A DNA stretch of 64,000 nt from Acidobacteriota bacterium (GTDB lineage Bacteria > Acidobacteriota > UBA6911 > RPQK01 > JAJDTT01): NCBI GenBank assembly GCA_965263035.1, contig OZ253580.1:4832001-4896000 (forward strand). The letters are read 5' to 3'. The position numbers and the translations under genes were made by a program. The number at the start of each line of letters is the position of its first letter. Position 1 is the stretch's first letter. The notes below the pieces were generated by a model that saw only the letters and a program-made list of their open reading frames with translations, made no database searches and had not been told where the DNA came from. This document shows positions 57,526 through 64,000 of the stretch, piece by piece.

Positions 57526-58563
57526 TCAATCCAGCAGTCTGTCCGGCTCCACCATGGGAATGGACCGGGAGCGGACGGCCCGCTCCACCGATTCCAGGTC
57601 CTTGAAACCGTGGCCCGTGACGATGCAGACGGCTCGGCCGGAAGGGGGCGCCGACCCCGCCGATCGGGCCTTCAGGTAGCCGGCGTAGGCGGTGGCCCCG
57701 GCGGGCTCGCAGTAGACGCCCCGGCTGAACAGCGCCTCCTGAGCCGAGAAGACTTCCTGGTCGCTCACCGGCTGTCCGCTACCGCCCGTCTCCAGGACCG
57801 CGTCCAGGGCCAGTTGGGCGTCGATGACGTTGGGGACCTGAAGACCCGAGATGGCCGAGGTGCACTCCACCTCCACCGCTAGGAATTCCCCCCGGTCCAA
57901 GGGGCCGGTGACGGTAGCGCAGCCTCGGGGCTGCACGGCGTGGATCCGGGGCACCCGGGAGATCCTGCCCTCGCGGAAATAGTCGGTGAACCCCCGGGCG
58001 ATAGCCGTCAGCAAACCTCCTCCGCCGATGGGAACGAAGACGTCGTCGACCTCGCCCAACTCGTCTGCGATCTCGTAGGCGATGCTCTTGACCCCGTCCA
58101 TCCCCTCGGGGCTGTAGGTGAAGGCGGAGATCTGGAGCGCGGCGCCTCTCGCCGGCGCCTCCCGCTGCAGGCGTACCATCACGTCGCGGCTGGCCGCCGG
58201 GTCCAGCCCGAATCCCCGGACCCGTTTCAAGACCGCCCCGTACGCGAGCATCTGAAGCGCCTTCCCTGCCGGTGTGGTCTCCACCAGAAAGATGTGGCAG
58301 GGGATCCCGGCTCGGGCGCAGTAGGCGGCCAGGGCCGAGCCGGTATTGCCCGAGGAAGTGGCCAGACAGGAGCGAAGACCCTCTTCCCGCATCCAGGAGA
58401 CGGCGCAACTGGCGAATCGATCCTTGTAGGAACCGGAGGGGTTGAGCTGCTCCATCTTCAGGAACGGTCCGTCATCCAATTGGACCAGGGGTGTTGCCCC
58501 CTCGCCCAGGGTGAGGACATGCCGGGTATCGCGAACCGGAAGGTATCGATGGTAATTCCACAT
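57526..58563 (-). CDS. Threonine synthase-like PLP-dependent enzyme
   Basis: LGEGATPL, NPSGSYKDR, SSGNTG, PIGGGGL, EPA, TGHGFKD. The real gene is only the C-terminal part of the 834-aa ORF. Confidence 0.9.
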   Translation of the reverse strand: MWNYHRYLPVRDTRHVLTLGEGATPLVQLDDGPFLKMEQLNPSGSYKDRFASCAVSWMREEGLRSCLATSSGNTGSALAAYCARAGIPCHIFLVETTPAGKALQMLAYGAVLKRVRGFGLDPAASRDVMVRLQREAPARGAALQISAFTYSPEGMDGVKSIAYEIADELGEVDDVFVPIGGGGLLTAIARGFTDYFREGRISRVPRIHAVQPRGCATVTGPLDRGEFLAVEVECTSAISGLQVPNVIDAQLALDAVLETGGSGQPVSDQEVFSAQEALFSRGVYCEPAGATAYAGYLKARSAGSAPPSGRAVCIVTGHGFKDLESVERAVRSRSIPMVEPDRLLD

Positions 58564-58610
58564 GAACGTGATGGCGCCGGGCGGCGAACCGAGTCGGTTC
58601 GGGACGGCTG

Positions 58611-60554
58611 TCAACTTTCCGGCTGTTGCTTGAAAAAGTACCTCCGGACCAGATGGCGGGGCGGCGGTGGCGTCGCTTTGCTGACGGCGATGACCAGAAA
58701 GAAGGAGGCCACCAAGCCCCAGATGATCGGATCGAGTCCCAGGAGCCGGTAGGACGAGAATCGGCCGTAGGCGAGATAGCCGGCCCCGTAGAGCGAGAGG
58801 TGGATCAGGAATCCTCCCAACATGCCTGCCATGGCTCCCCAGGTGTTGACTCGCGGCCAGTAGAGCCCCAGGACGACGGGAGCCAGGAAGCAGGAGGCGA
58901 GTCCGCTTCCCGTGTAGACGATGATGTCCTGCAGGAACAGGGGCGGGCTCACCGCTCCCAGTACCGCGGCGAAACCGACCACGCAGGTGAAGACGTAGCT
59001 CATCCTCTTGATGGTGCGCTCCGGCGCCTGCGGATTGATATTGCGCTGGTAGACGTCCCGAACCAGGGCGGAGGAGATGACCAGCAGGAAGCTGTCCACC
59101 GTGGACATGACGGCGGCGAACGGGGCCGCCACCAGGATTCCGGCCATCCAGGGCGCGCCGGCGAAGCCACTGAGAAAGACGGCGGTGGCCGGCATGATCC
59201 GGTCCGACTCCAGCTCCATCCCGGGCAGGAAGATGCGGGCGCAACAGAAGATGATCACCAGCGGGAAGTAGATCAGGGAGTAGTAGATGGCGACGGCGAA
59301 GATGGAGCGCTTCAGCGTGCCGGAGCCCTTGAAGGCCATCAGGCGGACCATGGTGCCGGGCTGACCGGTGCCGGAGATGGCCCACATGAAGAAGAAGGAG
59401 AAGGCCAGGCTGAGAGGGAGAAAACCCAAGTCGCTGTAGCGGTCCGGACCGGGTCCGCTCACGTACACTCCGGGACGATCCGCGCCGTAGCGGTAGGGAT
59501 CGGTCGCGATCCGCTTGGCGCTGACGGACGGCGGGGCGGCCGGAAGCGTTCCTGCCGCGAGTCGTTCCCGGATACTTGCCGCCTCTTCCTCCGAAACGAT
59601 CTCCACCACCTGAATCTCCGGGGCCCGGATCGAGCCTCGGGGGATCACCGCTTCCTGGCTGGTTCGCAGGAGGCGCGGCGCTCCTCCATCGCCGGACGCG
59701 CTTAACCAGACTCCGGAACGGATGATGGTGTCCTGGGAGGCGGGTGTGGCCAATTCCAGATCGACGACGCCCAGCCGGGGCGGGACCATGCGGCCCATCC
59801 GTTGGGTGGCCGAATCCAGTCCGCCGACGGCCACCAGCGCCAGTGGCAGCATGATGACCACGCCGGCCACCATGACCACGCCCTGCATCACGTCGGTCCA
59901 GACCACGGCATGGAATCCGCCGTAGGTGGTGTAGAGAATCACGGCCACGGCGAAAGTCAAAAGGCAGAGCAGATAGCCTGGATCGACGCCCTGGGTGAAG
60001 CTCAGATCCTGGGTCACGTCCGCGACCCACAGGACCGACCTGCGGAAGAAGGGGACGTCCAGCAGCAGGGTCTTGAGGATCAGGCTGCCCGACTTGAACT
60101 GGGCCACCAGGTTCACCGACATGAAGAAGATGATCATGCCGGTACAGAGGAGACCGAATCCGGCGCTTTCAAACCGGTCACGCAGGATGTCGGGGATGGT
60201 GATGGCTCCCGTCCGGCGGGCCAGCTGATTGATCCGCTTTCCCAGGAGGCCCATCCCGCAGATGGGCACCACTATGTAGCTGCCGATCCAGAACCCCAGG
60301 ATCCAACCGTGGGTGTAGATCTTGGAAGGGAAGCCGGTGAAGCTCCCTCCCGATGCACTGGTGGCGGCGAAGGTGAGGGCGAAAGCCCAAACGCCCAGAC
60401 TCCGGCTCCCCAGGAAGTACTCGGAGAGGAAGCTCTTGGTCTTGCGCAGACGGTTGGACATCCAGGCCAGGAACAGGACGCCCAGGGTGTAGATGAGGAA
60501 GGTGAACAGGGCCGCGTTCGATCCGTAGGAGGGGGAAGGCGCCAAGTCGGTCAA
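58611..60554 (-). CDS. Sodium:solute symporter (PanF-like)
   Basis: EYFLGSR, AT..SGGSF.G.P, GGF.AVVWTDVMQG, AAVMSTVDS. Confidence 0.92.
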   Translation of the reverse strand: MTDLAPSPSYGSNAALFTFLIYTLGVLFLAWMSNRLRKTKSFLSEYFLGSRSLGVWAFALTFAATSASGGSFTGFPSKIYTHGWILGFWIGSYIVVPICGMGLLGKRINQLARRTGAITIPDILRDRFESAGFGLLCTGMIIFFMSVNLVAQFKSGSLILKTLLLDVPFFRRSVLWVADVTQDLSFTQGVDPGYLLCLLTFAVAVILYTTYGGFHAVVWTDVMQGVVMVAGVVIMLPLALVAVGGLDSATQRMGRMVPPRLGVVDLELATPASQDTIIRSGVWLSASGDGGAPRLLRTSQEAVIPRGSIRAPEIQVVEIVSEEEAASIRERLAAGTLPAAPPSVSAKRIATDPYRYGADRPGVYVSGPGPDRYSDLGFLPLSLAFSFFFMWAISGTGQPGTMVRLMAFKGSGTLKRSIFAVAIYYSLIYFPLVIIFCCARIFLPGMELESDRIMPATAVFLSGFAGAPWMAGILVAAPFAAVMSTVDSFLLVISSALVRDVYQRNINPQAPERTIKRMSYVFTCVVGFAAVLGAVSPPLFLQDIIVYTGSGLASCFLAPVVLGLYWPRVNTWGAMAGMLGGFLIHLSLYGAGYLAYGRFSSYRLLGLDPIIWGLVASFFLVIAVSKATPPPPRHLVRRYFFKQQPES

Positions 60555-60892
60555 GACGTGGCCTCGGCCCGATTTCGCGTGGTTGCGGTGTCAGACTCAG
60601 TCCGGTCCTCGCCCAGGTCGTCTTCGACAAAGTAAAAGAAGCAGAACCAGGCCGTGAACAGATCAGCGGCGATCCAGGGGACCAGGATGCCCCAGAAGAG
60701 CCAGGTGGGAACGCCGAGCGTGGTTCCGACCTCCCCCGGAGGCAGACCGTAACCGTTCAGATAACAGTAGGGGACGGCCCACACCAGCCCCAGCGCCCAC
60801 CCACTGGCGATGAGGATGGCCTCCCGCCGGGAGTGGAGAAATACCGGGTCGTAGTGGTCTTCGGGCGTGGGTCGAGTGTCCGCCGTGTCCAT
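60551..60892 (-). CDS. DUF997/YhdT-like small membrane protein
   Basis: SRREA, G.PTWLFWG, position directly upstream of the symporter. Confidence 0.8.
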   Translation of the reverse strand: MDTADTRPTPEDHYDPVFLHSRREAILIASGWALGLVWAVPYCYLNGYGLPPGEVGTTLGVPTWLFWGILVPWIAADLFTAWFCFFYFVEDDLGEDRTESDTATTRNRAEATS

Positions 60893-60942
60893 ATGAGGAG
60901 TGAAGCCTACTAATCCGTGGGAGCAAGGGCAAGACGGGGAGC

Positions 60943-60960
60943 GGCGACTTTCTTGTCGCC
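60943..60960 (-). repeat. REP-like palindrome
   Basis: GGCGACTTTCTTGTCGCC preceded by GAGC, as in other copies. Confidence 0.85.
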
Positions 60961-61090
60961 GATCCCCAGTGCGGCAATGCAGCGACGAGCGACCGGACTA
61001 GTCGGAATGTGGGCGAGTAAGACGTCGCCTCTCCAGCCGCCGAACCCCGGAAGGCGTGCAGGTGAAAATGTTTGTTAAACTGAAACCCCC

Positions 61091-61954
61091 ATGGCTCGAC
61101 GAAAACCGAACTTCGAGGTTTCCACCGGCAGGACAAACGGCGGAGCCTCGCCTGCGCAGATGGTGATCGGAGCCGTCCTCATACTGGCTCTGATGGCCGG
61201 GCTCTTCATCTACCGGGGATGCGGTCGGTTGAACGCCCTGGAATGGCAGACTGCCGAGGTGAACGAGTCCTTGAAGTCGGTGCTCCAGCGCTTGGAGCAG
61301 GTGGAGAAGAGGACTGGCCAAGCCCTCGACCGGGCCCAGGATGCCGAAATCAGTGCCCTGGAGGCGGCTCGGGGAAGGGATGCGGCGGACGTGGCCCGGC
61401 GCAAGGCGGAGCGGGACCGGTCTGAAGCCCGCCGGAAAGCGGAGGCTGCCCAGGAGGAGGCCCGAGCCGCCCGGGAAGAGTCGGATCGGATTCGCCGGGA
61501 ACGGGAACAGGAGCTGAATCGCCTGCATGAGGTCTTGAGCGGGATCGTCGAAACCCGCAGGACGGCGTTGGGCGTCGTGATGAACCTGGGCAGCGATGCC
61601 GTCGAGTTCGACTTCGACAAGGCGACGCTACGTCCCGAGAACCGGGAGCTGCTCAGCCGGATTGCCGGCGTTCTCCTCACCTCCAAGGGATTTCGGGTCC
61701 AGATCCACGGGCACACCGACGACATCGGCAGCAGCGAATACAACCAGAGGCTTTCTGTGCGGAGAGCCAAGGCGGTTCGTGACTATCTCGTGGACGCCGG
61801 CATCGATCCCGAGATCGTGAGCACCGAGGGCCACGGCAAGACCAACCCGCTGCTGCCGGGGACCAACCCCAAGGCCAGGGCCAAGAACCGGCGGGTCGAA
61901 ATCGGAATCATCGACACCACCATCAACTACGGACAGGTCGTCGCCGGTCCCTGA
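61091..61954 (+). CDS. OmpA/MotB-domain protein with coiled coil
   Basis: FDFDKATL, GHTD..G...YN..LS.RRA..V..YL, RAKNRRVEI. Confidence 0.93.
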   Translation: MARRKPNFEVSTGRTNGGASPAQMVIGAVLILALMAGLFIYRGCGRLNALEWQTAEVNESLKSVLQRLEQVEKRTGQALDRAQDAEISALEAARGRDAADVARRKAERDRSEARRKAEAAQEEARAAREESDRIRREREQELNRLHEVLSGIVETRRTALGVVMNLGSDAVEFDFDKATLRPENRELLSRIAGVLLTSKGFRVQIHGHTDDIGSSEYNQRLSVRRAKAVRDYLVDAGIDPEIVSTEGHGKTNPLLPGTNPKARAKNRRVEIGIIDTTINYGQVVAGP

Positions 61955-61972
61955 GACGGGCCCCGCCCCGGA

Positions 61973-62431
61973 TCATTCGACCTCGTAGATAGCCTCCACC
62001 TCGACCGGGATGTTGCCGGGCAGGGATCCCATTCCCACGGCGCTGCGAGCGCCTTTTCCGGGGTCGCCGAAGACCTCCATCATGAGCTCGCTGAACCCGT
62101 TGATGACCTGGGGCTGCTCCTCGAAATCGGGGGTCGCGTTGACCATTCCCAGAACCTTCACGACTCGGACCACGCGGTCCAGGGATCCCAGCGTGTTCCG
62201 GACGGTGCTGAGGATCGCCAGGCCGGTGACCCGCGCCGCCTCTTTGGCCTCCTCGGTGGTCAGTTCGACCCCTACCTTTCCGGTGATCTGGGTGCCGTCG
62301 ACCCGCGTCGGCCCGTGACCGGAAACGAACAAGAGATTGCCGACCTGGACCGCCGGGCGATAGATGGCCACCGGCTGGGGTGCGTCCGGAAGCTGGATAT
62401 TCAGTTCTTCAAGTCGTTGTTCAGCTGTCAT
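61973..62431 (-). CDS. RidA/YjgF family protein
   Basis: GNLLFVSGHGP, INGFSEL, ARSAVG..SLP..IPVEVE. AAGGAG RBS before ATG 62431. Confidence 0.92.
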   Translation of the reverse strand: MTAEQRLEELNIQLPDAPQPVAIYRPAVQVGNLLFVSGHGPTRVDGTQITGKVGVELTTEEAKEAARVTGLAILSTVRNTLGSLDRVVRVVKVLGMVNATPDFEEQPQVINGFSELMMEVFGDPGKGARSAVGMGSLPGNIPVEVEAIYEVE

Positions 62432-62796
62432 TGAATGCTCCTTGGAAGTCGTGCGCGGCCGGGCGACAGTCACCTTCTGCCCCGGCAGTTGGAATCTCCA
62501 CGCCGATGGGAACCCACCCGGAAAACCCGCAAAGGATAACCCGCGGCAGGAGGAGGTTTCAACTTTCGGAGATCGCTCATCTCCCGGCGACCCGACGCCT
62601 CCTCCCCTCTCTTTCCTTTTTCCTCTTTCCTCGCCCCCGGTCTTCCCTTGACTTGAACCGGGGCCTGGGTCAATCTTCCGCAGGAGGGACCGAATAACGA
62701 TTTCCGGCCGTGTGCGGTGCACCATGGACCGTGGTCGCCCGGCGTTGTCCGGAACGGCGCGCATGCCCTGAACTGGATGATCGACGCGGCCAGACC

Positions 62797-64000
62797 ATGA
62801 TCTCTTCCATCCGTTCCGGAACCGACCTGCCGCCGTTCCTCGCCGATCTCGAGTCGCGCGGTCTTGTCTCGCAGAAGACCGTCGAGCTGACCGATCCGCT
62901 GCTTGCCGACACGCTGCCACCCCTTTATGTCGGGTACGACCCGAGCGCCGGCAGCCTGCACGCAGGCAGCCTCATCCCGCTCCTGGGCATGGACCGCTAC
63001 AAGCGCCGGGGCGGGCAGATCATCGTGCTGCTGGGCGGGGCTACGGGCCTCATCGGCGACCCTTCGGGCAAGGATCGGGAGCGCACGCTGGAGACCGACC
63101 AGGTGATCGCCCGGCGCATCGGGCGGTTGAAGCGCCAGGTCTCGGAGTTTTTCGGGCGAACCGAAGGGCCGGAGCCCATCTTCGTCAACAACGCCGACTG
63201 GTACCGGGACATGCACGTCATCGCCTTCCTGCGTGACGTGGGCAAGAACTTCTCGGTCAATCAAATGCTGACCCGCGACTCGGTGCGCACGCGGATCGAG
63301 AACCGGGAGCAGGGAATTTCCTTTACCGAGTTCTCCTACCAGCTCCTGCAGTCCTACGATTTCCTGCATCTGTTCCGGGAGCACGGCTGCAGGATCCAGA
63401 TGGGGGCTTCGGACCAGTGGGGCAATATCGTTTCCGGCGTGGACCTGGTGCGGCGGGCCGAAGGGGCCGCGGTCTACGGGCTCACCTTCCCGCTGTTGAC
63501 CAACTCGGAAGGGAAGAAATACGGCAAGTCGGAGCAGGGCGCGGTCTGGCTCGACCCGGAGTTGACCAGTCCCTACGAGTTCTACCAGTTCTGGCTGAAC
63601 TCCGCCGATGACGACGTGGGGCGTTTCCTGCGCTGGCTGACCGATCTGACTGGCGAAGAGATCGAGTCGCTGGCAGCAGCCCCGGCGCATGAACGTCGGC
63701 CTCAGAAAGCTCTGGCCGAGGCGCTGACCGTCCGGGTGCATGGGGCGCGGGACGCCGAGACCGCGCAGCGTGCCAGCCGGGTCATCTTCTCCGGGGGAGC
63801 GGCCGACATGGACGCCGCCGTCGTAGCCATGGTGGCTCGATCCGTGCCCACCCTGGAGGCGAACCCTGACCTCCCCTGTCCCATCGGCGATGCCATGGTC
63901 CGGGTCGGTGCGGCCCCGTCCAAGGGGGGCGCGAGACGCCTGGTGAAGCAGAACGCGGTCACCGTAAACGGAACCAGGATCACCGACGCCAACGAGGACC
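62797..64000 (+). CDS. tyrS: Tyrosine--tRNA ligase (3' end beyond the window)
   Basis: Manual translation: LYVGYDPSAGSLHAGSL, GGATGLIGDPSG, EFSYQLLQSYDF, QMGASDQWGNI, KYGKS. Confidence 0.95.
   Translation, partial: MISSIRSGTDLPPFLADLESRGLVSQKTVELTDPLLADTLPPLYVGYDPSAGSLHAGSLIPLLGMDRYKRRGGQIIVLLGGATGLIGDPSGKDRERTLETDQVIARRIGRLKRQVSEFFGRTEGPEPIFVNNADWYRDMHVIAFLRDVGKNFSVNQMLTRDSVRTRIENREQGISFTEFSYQLLQSYDFLHLFREHGCRIQMGASDQWGNIVSGVDLVRRAEGAAVYGLTFPLLTNSEGKKYGKSEQGAVWLDPELTSPYEFYQFWLNSADDDVGRFLRWLTDLTGEEIESLAAAPAHERRPQKALAEALTVRVHGARDAETAQRASRVIFSGGAADMDAAVVAMVARSVPTLEANPDLPCPIGDAMVRVGAAPSKGGARRLVKQNAVTVNGTRITDANED

Noticed and set aside
58564-60030. 834-aa ORF suggesting a large N-terminal fusion to threonine synthase
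   Set aside because: The extension is an alternate frame overlapping the symporter gene and has Arg/Gly/Pro-rich junk composition.
62432-62796. Riboswitch or T-box between the RidA-family gene and tyrS
   Set aside because: Purine/pyrimidine-skewed tracts and small hairpins are present, but no recognisable T-box or aptamer consensus.

Overview
A GC-rich bacterial chromosome segment. The gene content (GWxTD protein, Oar-like TonB receptors, CRTAC1/ASPIC-UnbV, many TPR and PQQ-propeller proteins) suggests Acidobacteriota; this is an inference. Most of the window is transport, envelope and catabolic genes, ending in tyrS, which runs off the right edge and is absent from the ORF track. The mobile layer is the interesting part. 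(1) A ~9.3 kb integrated, tail-less phage-satellite-like element (~46291-55619) carries a Cre-like tyrosine recombinase, large terminase, HNH, capsid, P-loop protein, prohead protease, head-tail connector and portal in an unusual order. It is bounded by a candidate att pair and has no recognisable replication, small-terminase or tail genes. (2) An IS110 element has a left end that can be read as a bridge RNA, with four guides matching its own donor junction and a REP-like palindrome target. (3) A 630-nt ORF-less class IIC group II intron is inserted just after a copy of the same REP-like palindrome. (4) There are three MITE families, two of them stacked on a shared CTAG next to a decayed cytochrome c/MscS operon. 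(5) An orphan vapB is followed by a protein with ten 22-aa repeats, an HNH-like motif and a hydrophobic tail. No rRNA, tRNA or CRISPR array was seen. All calls come from motif recognition by eye; no database searches were run.
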